Shown: positions 1 through 10,242 of the stretch, piece after piece
How the letters are laid out: every line of letters starts with the position of its first letter
Numbering within the stretch: the stretch's first letter is position 1
Assembly: GCA_965223905.1 (NCBI GenBank)
Contig: CBDCXV010000010.1
Span: 1,760,001-1,824,000 of the forward strand
Direction of reading: 5' to 3'
From: Candidatus Latescibacterota bacterium
GTDB taxonomy: Bacteria > Latescibacterota > UBA2968 > UBA8231
Length of the DNA stretch: 64,000 nt
Program-made: the position numbers and the translations under genes
The notes under the pieces: model-generated
The model's database searches: none
The model's input: the letters and a program-made list of their open reading frames with translations, nothing else
Told to the model about the DNA's origin: nothing

Positions 1-2
1 GC

Positions 3-1409
3 CTGGGGTACGTCGATCTCGGACGCCGGGCGGGCAGCCTTTCGGGAGGGGAGGCGCAGCGCATCCGCCTCGCCGGGCAGATCGGCTCCGGTCTCACCGG
101 GGTTCTCTACCTGCTCGACGAGCCGACCATCGGCCTGCACCCGCGCGACAACCGCCGCCTCCTCGCCGCTCTCGAAGAGCTCCGCGACCTCGGCAACACC
201 GTCGTCCTCGTCGAGCACGACCGCGACACCCTGGAGAAAGCGGACCACATCGTCGACCTGGGGCCGGGGGCCGGCAGCGAGGGGGGCCACCTCGTCGCCA
301 GCGGCTCGCCGCGGCAGCTGGCCCGCGGGCGCCGCTCCGGGAACTCGCCCACCGCGGATTTCCTGCGCGGCAGCCTCTCGATTCCCGTCCCCGGGAAGCG
401 CCGCCGCGGCCGCGGCGGGCGGCTGCGCGTCGTCGGGGCCCGCCACAACAACCTCAAGGACGTCGACGTCGCCTTTCCGCTCGGCTGCTTCGTCTGCGTC
501 ACCGGGGTCTCCGGGTCCGGAAAAAGCTCCCTCGTCGAGGAGGTCCTCCACAACGGCCTGGCCGCGGCGGTCAACAACGGCGTCGGCGCGGTCGGGGAGT
601 GCGACGCCATCCTCGGCGTCGAGCACGTCGACAAGGTGATCGGCATCGATCAGTCGCCGATCGGCCATTCCCCGCGCAGCTTCCCGGCGACTATCATCGG
701 GATCTTCGACCACGTCCGGCAGCTGTTTTCCCGCCTGCCCGAAGCCCGGGTCCGCGGGTTCTCCCCGGGACGCTTCAGCTTCAACCGCCCGGGCGGGCGC
801 TGCGAAGGGTGCGAGGGGCTGGGGTCGCGCTGCATCGAGATGCACTTCCTCCCCGACGTCTGGGTCCGCTGCGACGTCTGTCAGGGCAAGCGCTACAGCA
901 GCGAGGTGCTGCAGGTCCGCTTCAAGGGGCACACCGTGGCCGGCGTGCTCGAGCTCACGGCGAGCCGGGCGCTCGAGCTCTTCGACAACGTCCGCAACAT
1001 CCGCAACCGCCTGCAGGTGATGGCGGACGTCGGCCTCGGCTACATGTCCCTCGGGCAGTCGTCGACCACCTTTTCCGGGGGGGAATCCCAGCGCCTGAAG
1101 CTCGCCTCCGAGCTCTCGAGGCCCGGCACAGGACGCACCGTCTACATCATGGACGAGCCGACGACGGGGCTGCATTTCGCCGACGTGCAGAAGCTGCTGG
1201 AGGTCGCGCAGCGGCTGGTGGCGGCAGGCAACACTCTGATCGTCATCGAGCACAACATGGAGGTCGTAAAGAGCGCCGACTACGTCATCGACCTCGGCCC
1301 CGAAGGGGGGGAGGAAGGGGGGCGCGTCGTCGTCGCCGGCACCCCGGAAAAGGTCGCCCGCAGCAAGCGCTCGCACACCGGCCGTATCCTGCGCGAAGTG
1401 CTGGCGTGA
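3..1409 (+). CDS. uvrA: Excinuclease ABC subunit A, C-terminal part (5' end outside window)
   Basis: Frame open from base 3: LSGGEAQRIRLAGQIGSGLTGVLYLLDEPTIGLHPRDN, Walker A TGVSGSGKSS, Zn finger CEGC..CDVC, second ABC signature FSGGESQRLKLA and DEPTTGLH. Confidence 0.95.
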   Translation: MGYVDLGRRAGSLSGGEAQRIRLAGQIGSGLTGVLYLLDEPTIGLHPRDNRRLLAALEELRDLGNTVVLVEHDRDTLEKADHIVDLGPGAGSEGGHLVASGSPRQLARGRRSGNSPTADFLRGSLSIPVPGKRRRGRGGRLRVVGARHNNLKDVDVAFPLGCFVCVTGVSGSGKSSLVEEVLHNGLAAAVNNGVGAVGECDAILGVEHVDKVIGIDQSPIGHSPRSFPATIIGIFDHVRQLFSRLPEARVRGFSPGRFSFNRPGGRCEGCEGLGSRCIEMHFLPDVWVRCDVCQGKRYSSEVLQVRFKGHTVAGVLELTASRALELFDNVRNIRNRLQVMADVGLGYMSLGQSSTTFSGGESQRLKLASELSRPGTGRTVYIMDEPTTGLHFADVQKLLEVAQRLVAAGNTLIVIEHNMEVVKSADYVIDLGPEGGEEGGRVVVAGTPEKVARSKRSHTGRILREVLA

Positions 1410-1446
1410 AGGGGGCCGGACACCTTCCTCCGCCTGGAGGGGCGAC

Positions 1447-2100
1447 TTGAACCTCGCAGTACCGAGGCGGGCGTTCTTCAGCTTTGCGGCCCCCTGCCGC
1501 TACCGCGAGGAAGCGCCTCGCGTCGACGGCGACCTCGGGGACTGGGGGGCCGGTTTCCGCCTGCCGGATCTGCTCGGCCTCGAGGGAGAGAAGCCGTTCG
1601 CCGATCTGCTGATGGCCTGGAACGACGACGGCCTCTACTTCGCGGTCCGCGTCGACGGCAAGAAGAGCTTCAGCATCGATCCGAAGAACTACTGGCAGGG
1701 GGACTGCCTCGAGCTCTGGATCGACACCCGCGACGTCAAGGACGCGCACACGGCCAACCGCTTCTGCCACCATTTCTTCTTCCTCCCCGGGGGCAGCGGC
1801 AGCGACGGCAGGAAGCCGATCGGCCGCCAGACCGCCATCGACAGGGCGCGCGAGCAGGCGCCCCCCTGCCCGGAGGAGGAAATCGCCGTGGGGCTGAAGA
1901 GGCTGAAGCGGAGTTACCGGATGGAGATCGCCCTCCCGGCCGCCGGCCTCAACGGGTTCGAGCCGCGCGAGTTCGACCGCCTCGGGTTCAACTACGTTCT
2001 CCACGACTGCGATCTCGGCACCCAGTCCTGGACCGTGGGCCGCAATCCCCCCCTCATCCACGACCCGGGCACCTGGGGAACGGTGCTGCTGGCCGAATAG
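1447..2100 (+). CDS. CBM9/DOMON-like sugar-binding domain protein
   Basis: VDGDLGDW, AWNDDGLYFAVRV, GDCLELWIDT, YRMEIALP, LGFN pattern typical of CBM9_1-like domains; no signal peptide seen. Confidence 0.65.
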   Translation: MNLAVPRRAFFSFAAPCRYREEAPRVDGDLGDWGAGFRLPDLLGLEGEKPFADLLMAWNDDGLYFAVRVDGKKSFSIDPKNYWQGDCLELWIDTRDVKDAHTANRFCHHFFFLPGGSGSDGRKPIGRQTAIDRAREQAPPCPEEEIAVGLKRLKRSYRMEIALPAAGLNGFEPREFDRLGFNYVLHDCDLGTQSWTVGRNPPLIHDPGTWGTVLLAE

Positions 2101-2211
2101 CCACCGGCCCTGCCAGATGTTAGTTTCTACTGCCTCTCCCTCAGACCTGTTTCATCCCGCGGCGTCCTCCAGACCCCCTCTCGGCATTGCCGGTTATTTC
2201 GAGCTGATCAC

Positions 2212-4962
2212 ATGAATCCAGCAGTGATGCACCGCTGCGCCGGTGTGGCTGTTTTTCTGATTTCCCTTGGTCTGTACCTCCTGACCATGGCGCCGTCGGT
2301 CTCCTTCTGGGACACCGGCGAGTTCATCGCCACCTCCTACACCCTCAGCGTCCCGCACCCGCCGGGATCGCCGCTCTACGTGCTGCTCGGACGGCTGTTC
2401 TCCATGATTCCGGTCATGGAGGTCGCCTGGCGCGTGGTGCTGATGTCGGCGCTCTCCTCGGCCCTGGCGGTCTGGTGCACTTACCTCGGCACCGTGGCCA
2501 TAGCGCGCCGCGCCCTGGGGGGCGAGCCGCTGCGGGTATTCGGCGACGAGCGCGACCTGTCGGTCACCCTCGGAGGCGCCCTGGCCTCGCTGACCCTGGC
2601 GGTCTCGTACACCTTCTGGTTCAACGCCACCGAGGCCGAGGTCTACGGCTACTCGATTCTTTTCGTCGCCCTGGGGTTCTGGCTGGTCCTGTACTGGGAA
2701 GGGACCGGGCACGGCGCCCTCAACGACCGCTGGCTGTTTCTCGTCGCCTACCTGTTCGGCCTCGGCGGGGGCCTGCACATGCTCTGCCTGCTGATCATCC
2801 CCGGGCTGCTGATCCTCGCCTGGTTCGCCGACCGCGGGCTGCGCCGCCTGATCACGGTCATGGCGGGCGCCGGGCTGGAGGGGTTCTTCATTCTCGCCGT
2901 GCTCGCCGACAGGCCGGATTCGGCAGCCCTGCTCGGATTGCTCGCCGCGGCAGGCCTGATCGCCTTCTTCTCCTACGTCTGGGTCACCGAGGAGGAGCTG
3001 CGCCCGACCGTCCTGTTGCTCCTCGGGGCCGGCGCCGCGTCCTTCGTCGGGCGCGCCATCTTCTCCGAGGGGATGCTTTTCAACGCCATTCTCGCCGTCG
3101 TGGCAATCGGCCTTCTCCGCCATCTCTACCAGCACGACCGCCGCGCCCTCGGACTGCTCGTCGGGACCGCGGTGCTGTTCGCGATCGGGTACTCGACCTA
3201 CGCGACCCTGTACATCCGCTCCGGGCTCAACCCGGTGATCGACGAGAACGACCCCGAGACCTGGGCCGCCTTCAAGAAATTCCTCAACCGCGAGCAGTAC
3301 GGGACCGACAGCATGCTCCTGATGATGCTCGAGCCGCGGGCCTCGCGCACCTACCAACTGTGGCACCAGCAGTTCAAGTATTTCTTCCAGCAGTTCCCGT
3401 TCCCCCTGCTCAACCGCGACCTCGTCTTCCGCTTGGCCACCGAGAACGCCCCCCACACCATCTCGGTGTCGCTCATCCCCTACGTGCTCGGGGCCTGGGG
3501 GCTGGTATGGCACGGGCGCCGCGACTGGCGCCGCTTCGTAGCGCTGCTGGCGATATTCCTGATCATGGGGTTCGGGCTGTCCTTATACCTCAACATGCAG
3601 GACCCGCAGCCGCGCGAGCGCCACTACGTCTTCGGCGGCATGTTCTTCGCGTTCGCGATCTGGATGGGGCTCGGCTGGACCGGCATCGTCGAGTTTGTGC
3701 GGCAGCGCTGGCGGCTGTCCGGGCCGGCCCTTGCCGGGGCCGCCTGCTGCGGCCTGCTGCTTCCCCTCGGCACGGGCGCCAGCAGCTACCACGTCCAGGA
3801 CCGCACCGGCGACTACATCGCCTACGACTACGCCTACAACCTTCTCAACAGCTGCGAGCAGGATGCGATCCTGTTCACCAACGGCGACAACGACACCTTC
3901 CCCCTGTGGTTCCTCCAGGAGGTCGAGGGGATCCGGCGGGACATCCGCGTCGTCAACCTCAGCCTCCTCAACACCGGGTGGTACATCAAGCAGCTGCGCG
4001 ACCGCGAGCCCAAGGTCGACATCCGCATCGACGACACCTATGTCGACTCGGTTCTCACCGACACCCAACTGGTCGACATGTACAGGCGGGTGTGGCCCAA
4101 GCCGGGGACGCCCAAGGAGTTCGCCACGCTTGGCCTCGACGTCGAGGTCAAGACTCTGCCCGGCAACGACGTCCTGCGGGTTCAGGACATAATGGTGATC
4201 GGGATCATCAGCTGGAACGAGTGGAAGCGGCCCATCCACTTCGCCATCACCGTGGCCCAGAGCAACCGGGTCGGGCTGGAACCGTACCTGAGCATGGTCG
4301 GCATGACCATGAAGCTCGTCCCCGAGAAAGGGCGCGAAACCGACCTCGAAGCGCTCGCCCGCAACCTGCTGCAGGTCTACCAGTTCCGAGGGATCGCCGA
4401 TCGCGGCGTCTACAAGGACCTCAACACCTCGAGACTGCTGGGGAACTACCGCGCCTGCTACATTACCCTGGCGTCCCTGTACCAGGAACAGGAGCGCTAC
4501 GACGAGCTGACCGAGCTGACCGAATGGGCTCTGGAGCATATCCCGCTCAACTGGGAATCCTTCTACACCGCCAGCGAGCTCCAGCGCGAGGTCGGCCGCA
4601 TGGCGATTGCCGCCAGGTACGTGGAAGAGGCCGTGGAATACCTGTCCGAAACCGTGGACGAGCACCCGACGGCGACCTACGAGAACGCCCTGGCGCTGTC
4701 CGGCATCCTGCTGGATACCTACCGGGATCTCGAGCGGGCGGAGCGCGCCTACCGGATCGCCATTGCCCTGGAACCGGAGCGATACGACGCCTACCGCGAG
4801 CTCGCGGCGACGCTGCAGGCCGGGGGCCGCGTCGAGGACGCCATCCGGCTGATCGGCGAGTACCAGGATGAGTTCGGTGCCACCGACGGCCCGGAGCAGG
4901 ATCTCGAAACGCTGCACAACGCCCTGAAGATCTCACCCTCCGACGCCGCCGGCGGCGACTAG
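2212..4962 (+). CDS. DUF2723 / TMEM260-like (GT117) multi-pass membrane glycosyltransferase with C-terminal TPRs
   Basis: APSVSFWDTGEFIA..VPHPPGSPLY, FWFNATEAEVY, QPRERHY, ILFTNGDNDTFPLWFLQEVEG motifs; many TM helices; TPR-like tail. Confidence 0.85.
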   Translation: MNPAVMHRCAGVAVFLISLGLYLLTMAPSVSFWDTGEFIATSYTLSVPHPPGSPLYVLLGRLFSMIPVMEVAWRVVLMSALSSALAVWCTYLGTVAIARRALGGEPLRVFGDERDLSVTLGGALASLTLAVSYTFWFNATEAEVYGYSILFVALGFWLVLYWEGTGHGALNDRWLFLVAYLFGLGGGLHMLCLLIIPGLLILAWFADRGLRRLITVMAGAGLEGFFILAVLADRPDSAALLGLLAAAGLIAFFSYVWVTEEELRPTVLLLLGAGAASFVGRAIFSEGMLFNAILAVVAIGLLRHLYQHDRRALGLLVGTAVLFAIGYSTYATLYIRSGLNPVIDENDPETWAAFKKFLNREQYGTDSMLLMMLEPRASRTYQLWHQQFKYFFQQFPFPLLNRDLVFRLATENAPHTISVSLIPYVLGAWGLVWHGRRDWRRFVALLAIFLIMGFGLSLYLNMQDPQPRERHYVFGGMFFAFAIWMGLGWTGIVEFVRQRWRLSGPALAGAACCGLLLPLGTGASSYHVQDRTGDYIAYDYAYNLLNSCEQDAILFTNGDNDTFPLWFLQEVEGIRRDIRVVNLSLLNTGWYIKQLRDREPKVDIRIDDTYVDSVLTDTQLVDMYRRVWPKPGTPKEFATLGLDVEVKTLPGNDVLRVQDIMVIGIISWNEWKRPIHFAITVAQSNRVGLEPYLSMVGMTMKLVPEKGRETDLEALARNLLQVYQFRGIADRGVYKDLNTSRLLGNYRACYITLASLYQEQERYDELTELTEWALEHIPLNWESFYTASELQREVGRMAIAARYVEEAVEYLSETVDEHPTATYENALALSGILLDTYRDLERAERAYRIAIALEPERYDAYRELAATLQAGGRVEDAIRLIGEYQDEFGATDGPEQDLETLHNALKISPSDAAGGD

Positions 4963-4982
4963 CCTATGCGGCAGGCCTGGGT

Positions 4983-6023
4983 GTGCGCGAACCAGTTACC
5001 ATCGTAATCCCCCACTTCCGGGCGGCGGTGCTCGCCGACTGCCTGCAGTCGCTGTTCGCCCACAGCTTCTGGCCCCTCCGGGTAATCGTCGTCGACGACG
5101 GGGGCGGCGCTCCCAGTCTGCAGGAAGCGCGGGCACGCTTTCCAGGCATTGAAATACTGAGCAACGAGGGCAACCGCGGTTTCAGCTATTCCTGCAATCG
5201 CGGCCTCGAGGCGGCCGAGACCGAGTACTCGGTGCTGCTCAACGACGACACGCGGGTGACCGCCAACTGGCTCCAGCCCCTGGTCGCGGCCGCGGACGCC
5301 GACGCCGCGATCGCCGCCTGCCAGCCCAAGCTGCTGTCCGCGGCCGAGGGGGGCTCGTTCGACTACAGCGGCGGCGCCGGCGGCTACATCGACCGCCTGG
5401 GGTACACCTTCTGCCGCGGCCGCCTGCTCGAAGAGGTCGAGAGCGACGGCGGGCAGTACGACACCCCCGCAGACCTGTTCTGGACCTGCGGGTCGGCTAT
5501 GCTGGTGCGCACCGACGCGGTGCGCCGGGTCGGGTTGCTGGACCTCGACTTCTTCATGCACTTCGAGGAGATCGACCTGTGCTGGCGTCTGCGGCTTGCC
5601 GGTCACCGGCTCGTCGCCGTGCCTTCCTCGGTGATTTACCACCACGCCGGGTGGTCGCTGCCGCCAGCGAGCTTCCGCAAGAGCTACCTCAACCACCGCA
5701 ACAACCTCGTCATGCTGTTCAAGAACCTGCCCGCCCTCACGCTGTCCTGGCTGCTGCCGGCGCGCGGACTGCTCGAGCTGGCCGCGGTCCTCAACTACCT
5801 CCTGCGCGGCCGCCTGCGCGCCGCAGCAGCCCCGCTGGCAGCGCTGTTCTGGTGCCTGACCCACCCCCTCGACCTGATCGCGCGCCGCCGGCGCAGCCGC
5901 TCCCTTGCGGTCGCCGGGGCGGACGCCGACCGCAGGGGGGTGTACGGCGGCAGCATTCTACTGGAGTACTACCTGCGCGGCCGGCGCCGGACCCGCGACT
6001 TCATGGCGGACGCCTGCTATTGA
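4983..6023 (+). CDS. GT2 family glycosyltransferase
   Basis: IVVDDG, NRGFSYSCNRG, LLNDDT, FFMHFEEIDLCWR motifs. Confidence 0.9.
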   Translation: MREPVTIVIPHFRAAVLADCLQSLFAHSFWPLRVIVVDDGGGAPSLQEARARFPGIEILSNEGNRGFSYSCNRGLEAAETEYSVLLNDDTRVTANWLQPLVAAADADAAIAACQPKLLSAAEGGSFDYSGGAGGYIDRLGYTFCRGRLLEEVESDGGQYDTPADLFWTCGSAMLVRTDAVRRVGLLDLDFFMHFEEIDLCWRLRLAGHRLVAVPSSVIYHHAGWSLPPASFRKSYLNHRNNLVMLFKNLPALTLSWLLPARGLLELAAVLNYLLRGRLRAAAAPLAALFWCLTHPLDLIARRRRSRSLAVAGADADRRGVYGGSILLEYYLRGRRRTRDFMADACY

Positions 6024-6985
6024 AGACGGCCCTCAACACCCTGCTCAAGCTGGCGGTCAGTGTCGGCCTGCTGTACTACCTCGCCCGCCAGACCGACCTC
6101 GGGGGGCTCGGCGCCGCCTTCGCCGCGACAGTGCCGTCGCTGTTCCTGCTCGCCGTCGCCTTTTTCGTGGTCAGCAACGGGCTGGGAGCCTGCCAGTGGT
6201 ACCTGCTGCTGCACGCCCACCGGCTGCCGATAGGCTTCGGCCAGGCAACGGTCTTCTACCTGACCGGCGTGTTCTTCAACAACGTCCTGCTCGGCAACAT
6301 CGGCGGAGACGCGCTGCGCATCTACGACGTCCGCCGGCTCACCGGGCGCACCAGCGGCGCCGCCGCGGCGACCTTCATGGACCGCTTCGTCGGCCTGCTG
6401 GCCACCTGCTCCCTGGCGCTGATCGCCTGTCTCACCGTTCCAGAGGTCAGGGTCCCCGGGGTGATCTCCGTTCTCCTGCCGGTCTGGAGCGCCCTCGTCC
6501 TGCTGATGGCGATGGGACTGAGCGGGCGGATCGGGCGCTTCCTCGAGATCATGGCCACCCGCCTCCTTCCCGACCGCATCGGCCGCAAGGCGAGCAGCCT
6601 GCGGGAAAGCATGGCAGTGTACCGCAGCAAGGGCTGGCTGCTTCTCGGGGTCGGGGCCGTCTCCCTCGGCGTCCAGTTTTCCCGCGTCCTCGTTTACTGG
6701 TCCGCGGGGCTGGCAGCCGGCCTGCACGCCGGGCTGGTCTACTTCGTCGCCTTCCAACCTGTTGCCGCGGTCATCGCCGCCCTGCCGATTTCGATCGGAG
6801 GACTGGGGGTGCGGGAGAACATCTTCGTCGAGCTGTTCGGCTCTGTCGGCGCCCCCGAGAGCCGGGCGTTCGCGATGTCCCTTCTGGGGTACGCTGCCGG
6901 TGTCGTCGCCAGTCTCCTCGGGGGGGTCGCCTTCGTCGTCCGCCGCGTACAGCGAGCAGATTCGGCGGCCGCCACGGAGCGGTGA
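6020..6985 (+). CDS. Flippase-like / lysylphosphatidylglycerol synthase TM-region (UPF0104) membrane protein
   Basis: TTG start overlaps the GT2 stop; FFNNVLLGNIGGDALR and LPISIGGLGVRE motifs. Confidence 0.85.
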   Translation: MKTALNTLLKLAVSVGLLYYLARQTDLGGLGAAFAATVPSLFLLAVAFFVVSNGLGACQWYLLLHAHRLPIGFGQATVFYLTGVFFNNVLLGNIGGDALRIYDVRRLTGRTSGAAAATFMDRFVGLLATCSLALIACLTVPEVRVPGVISVLLPVWSALVLLMAMGLSGRIGRFLEIMATRLLPDRIGRKASSLRESMAVYRSKGWLLLGVGAVSLGVQFSRVLVYWSAGLAAGLHAGLVYFVAFQPVAAVIAALPISIGGLGVRENIFVELFGSVGAPESRAFAMSLLGYAAGVVASLLGGVAFVVRRVQRADSAAATER

Positions 6986-6989
6986 TTCG

Positions 6990-8141
6990 ATGGGGGTGAA
7001 GCTCGGGAACGAGCGCCTCTTCGACGACGCCCTCGAGCTCATCGCGGGCAGGCGGGTCGGCCTGATCACCAATCCCACCGGGGTCGACTCCTGCCTGCGG
7101 GCCACCGCGGACCGTTTGCACGCCGAGCCCGCCACCGAGCTGGCGGCGCTTTTCGGCCCCGAGCACGGCATCCGCGGCGACGCCGAGGACGGGGTCGGCG
7201 TAGCGGACGAAGTCGACCTCCGCACCGGGGTGCCGGCGATCAGCCTCTACGGCTCCACCCGCGCGCTGCAGAGCTCCATGCTCGACGGCATCGATGTCCT
7301 CCTGTTCGACATGCAGGACGTCGGCGCGCGCTTCTACACCTACCTGTACACCATGAGCGCAGCCATGAAAGCCTGCGCCCAACGCGGGGCGCCGTTCCTC
7401 CTTCTCGACCGCCCGAATCCGATCGGCGGGGAGCTGCTGGAGGGGAATCTCCTCGACCCGGCCTTCTCCTCGTTCGTCGGCCGCTACCCCATTCCGGTCC
7501 GCTACGGGTTGACGATCGGTGAGATCGCCACCCTCTTCAACGAGGTCCACGGAATTGGCGCCGAGCTGCATGTCGTGGAGCTGGGCGGATGGAGGCGGTC
7601 GATGTCTTGGGAGGAGACCGGGCTGCCCTGGGTCGCCCCCTCCCCGAACATGCCGACTCCGCAGACCGCGGCCCTGTACCCGGGCACCTGCTTCTTCGAG
7701 GGAACCAACCTCTCGGAGGGCCGCGGAACCACGCGGCCGTTCGAGCTCATCGGGGCCCCGTTCGTCGACGGCTTCGCGCTGGCCGATGCGATGAACGATC
7801 TCGCGATTCCCGGGGCGCGATGGCGGCCTGTCTTCTTCACGCCGTCGTTCGGGAAGCACGCCGGGGAGCGCTGCGGCGGGGTGCAGCTGCACGCCCTCTC
7901 CCCCTGCCTGCGCCCCGTGGCCGCGGCCTTTCACCTGCTGGCCACGGCGAAAAGCCTGTTCCGGGAGCGCTTCGAGTGGAACCTTCCGGCCCGGGGCATC
8001 CACAACTTCGACAAGCTCGCCGGCAGCGGCAGGGTCCGCCTCGAGCTCGACGCCGGCACCCCGGTCGCCGATCTGCTCGCCGCCTGGGAGCGGGAGCGGC
8101 GGCCGTTCGCGCAGGTGCGGGAGCGGTTCCTGCGCTATTAG
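6990..8141 (+). CDS. namZ: Exo-beta-N-acetylmuramidase NamZ (DUF1343) family
   Basis: GLITNPTG, LFGPEHGIRG, FDMQDVGARFYTY, LDRPNPIGG, SPNMPT, SEGRGTTRPFE. Confidence 0.9.
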   Translation: MGVKLGNERLFDDALELIAGRRVGLITNPTGVDSCLRATADRLHAEPATELAALFGPEHGIRGDAEDGVGVADEVDLRTGVPAISLYGSTRALQSSMLDGIDVLLFDMQDVGARFYTYLYTMSAAMKACAQRGAPFLLLDRPNPIGGELLEGNLLDPAFSSFVGRYPIPVRYGLTIGEIATLFNEVHGIGAELHVVELGGWRRSMSWEETGLPWVAPSPNMPTPQTAALYPGTCFFEGTNLSEGRGTTRPFELIGAPFVDGFALADAMNDLAIPGARWRPVFFTPSFGKHAGERCGGVQLHALSPCLRPVAAAFHLLATAKSLFRERFEWNLPARGIHNFDKLAGSGRVRLELDAGTPVADLLAAWERERRPFAQVRERFLRY

Positions 8142-8368
8142 GGCCGGGGGGGTGCGACCACCTGAATTCCGTCGCCGCTGCCGCATGCTCGCCGCCTTGC
8201 CTTCGCTCCCATACCGACTCCGTACGACTCCCTGCCGCCTTGCGAGCCGGGACACCGACGCCCCCGTTCGTACTCGGACTTACGGGCGAAGGCACCAGCC
8301 ACCGGGGCTCCTTGCCCCGGTGGCCCGGCTCCCTATCATTTGGACACCTCTCAACCGCCCCACTCCCC

Positions 8369-8956
8369 ATGCCCGCTCCCCTTAAGGCAGGAACCTTCCT
8401 CATCGCTTCCCTCGGACTGGAGGACCCGAGCTACAGCCGCACGGTCGTCCTCATCCTCCAGCACCGTCCGGACCAGACCCTCGGCGTAATCGTCAACCGT
8501 CCGCTCGGAGAGCGGGCCAGGATGTACCCCGCGGAGGAGTTGCGAACCCTTGCCAACGGACTCGACTCGGGCCGCAAGCCGGACGGGATGTTCTACCAGG
8601 GGGGGCCGGAGGAGCCGAACTCCCTCATCTTCCTGCACCGTCTCGGCAGCGCCGGAGAAGACGCCACCCGCATCTGCGACGGCCTCTACGCGGGCGGCGA
8701 TCTCGACATCCTGCGCGGCTGCATTCCGGACCTCGACAGTGACAGCCCCCTGTTGCGATTCTACCTCGGGTACGCCGACTGGGCCCCCGGCCAGCTCGAG
8801 AACGAGATCGCCCTGGGCGCCTGGATCCTCAGCGAGGCGAACATCGACCTGGTCTTTTCGGAAGAGCCGGAGAGCGTCTGGCAGCAGGCCATGCACGCCC
8901 TGGGCGGCAAGTACGCCCCGATGTCGTTCATTCCCGAAGACCCATCCCTGAACTGA
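8369..8956 (+). CDS. YqgE/AlgH (DUF179) family protein
   Basis: FLIAS..LEDPSYSRTVVL, GVIVNRP, YQGGP, RFYLGYADWAPGQLENEI, C-terminal PEDPSLN. Confidence 0.9.
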   Translation: MPAPLKAGTFLIASLGLEDPSYSRTVVLILQHRPDQTLGVIVNRPLGERARMYPAEELRTLANGLDSGRKPDGMFYQGGPEEPNSLIFLHRLGSAGEDATRICDGLYAGGDLDILRGCIPDLDSDSPLLRFYLGYADWAPGQLENEIALGAWILSEANIDLVFSEEPESVWQQAMHALGGKYAPMSFIPEDPSLN

Positions 8957-9115
8957 ACCGGCGGCAACCCCGGGTAAATCCCGACGCAGGGGGAATTCCG
9001 TCTTGGCGAAAGGAGGATGGGGCCCGACCTGGTGTCGCCCTCGGCCTTGGAGGTGGAGGCACGGGTGCACCCGGTTAAGCGGGAATCCTGCGGGCAGCCG
9101 CGGCAGGGCGGCGAC

Positions 9116-10072
9116 TCAGCAGATCAGGCCGCGCTTGGAGTGGATGCCGTGGGCAGTGGGGTGGTCGCCGATCCAGCGCTCGTCCACCGGCTCGCTGGCG
9201 AGCTGGTAGCGGGTGTCGGAGGACAGGCGGATGCGGCGGGTGTGGTTGTCGGTGCTGGCGTGCATGGTGAACATGCTGAAGACGAGCAGATCCCCCATGC
9301 GGTACTCCGAGGTCAGCCAGCGGCCGCCGAGCTGTTCACGCAGCCCGAGGGCGTCGGCGAAGTGGCCCTGCGATTCCCAGCGGATCTCCCCGTGCTCCTC
9401 CGCGGTGAGCTGGCGGTTCTCCGAGCGCGCCCGGGCGACGATGGCGTCCGCCTCCCCCTCCTCGCAGTAGGCGTCGACGTCGGTGCGGGCGTAGCCGTCG
9501 AGGATCTCCTCCCGCAGGTGCGAGTTCTCGAGAATCATCAGGCCGCCCATGCGCAGCGGGATGTCTCCGAGCGGAGTCCAGGAGGTGTAGAGATCCCGGG
9601 TGCCGCGCCCCATGAACACGATGTCGCAGTGGGGCTGGGTGGCGTTGGCGCTGTTCGGGCCCTTGGCGCGGAACCAGGTGTAGTCGAAATGCCGCACCGG
9701 GCCGCCCAGGAAGAACTCGTAGAACTCGATCATCCGCCCGCTGTACACCACCGCGTCCAGCTCGGGGTTGTCCCTGGCGAGATCCGGCGAAAAGCCGATC
9801 TCGATACCCGGCTTCAGCACCCCCTCCTCCAGCGGATGGCGGTGGTCGATCAGTCCCCTGTCGGAGAGCCGGGACAGCACCGACATCCTCGCGGCCACGA
9901 CCTCCTCCTGGTCGAGGAATCCCGGCAGGTAGAGGTAGCCGTCACGCGCCATGCGCCGGTGCAGCTCCTCCCTGTCGCCGAGGGCGCTCGAGGCGTCCTG
10001 CAGCTCCCCGAGGAGGGGGGAATCGATGGCCGCGCCCTGGTAGGTGAGCAGTTGTCCGGAATCATCCGGCAT
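9116..10072 (-). CDS. Phytanoyl-CoA dioxygenase (PhyH) family Fe/2OG dioxygenase
   Basis: DGYLYLPG, HCD facial motif, SWTPLGD, GGLMILENSH, MHASTDN, RLSSDTRYQ. Confidence 0.9.
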   Translation of the reverse strand: MPDDSGQLLTYQGAAIDSPLLGELQDASSALGDREELHRRMARDGYLYLPGFLDQEEVVAARMSVLSRLSDRGLIDHRHPLEEGVLKPGIEIGFSPDLARDNPELDAVVYSGRMIEFYEFFLGGPVRHFDYTWFRAKGPNSANATQPHCDIVFMGRGTRDLYTSWTPLGDIPLRMGGLMILENSHLREEILDGYARTDVDAYCEEGEADAIVARARSENRQLTAEEHGEIRWESQGHFADALGLREQLGGRWLTSEYRMGDLLVFSMFTMHASTDNHTRRIRLSSDTRYQLASEPVDERWIGDHPTAHGIHSKRGLIC

Positions 10073-10242
10073 GGGGATCCCTTCTCATTGCGGGGAAATT
10101 TCCCAAGCTAACGCCAGCAGCCTGAGGGTCAAGGAACCCGCTCCCCGCGCCGGCGCCTTTGCCCTCCGGGACCGCACTCGTATCTTTGGCTCATTCCCCC
10201 ACGGTTCTCCCCGGCTTCACCCCCGAAACTGTTCGAGGATTC

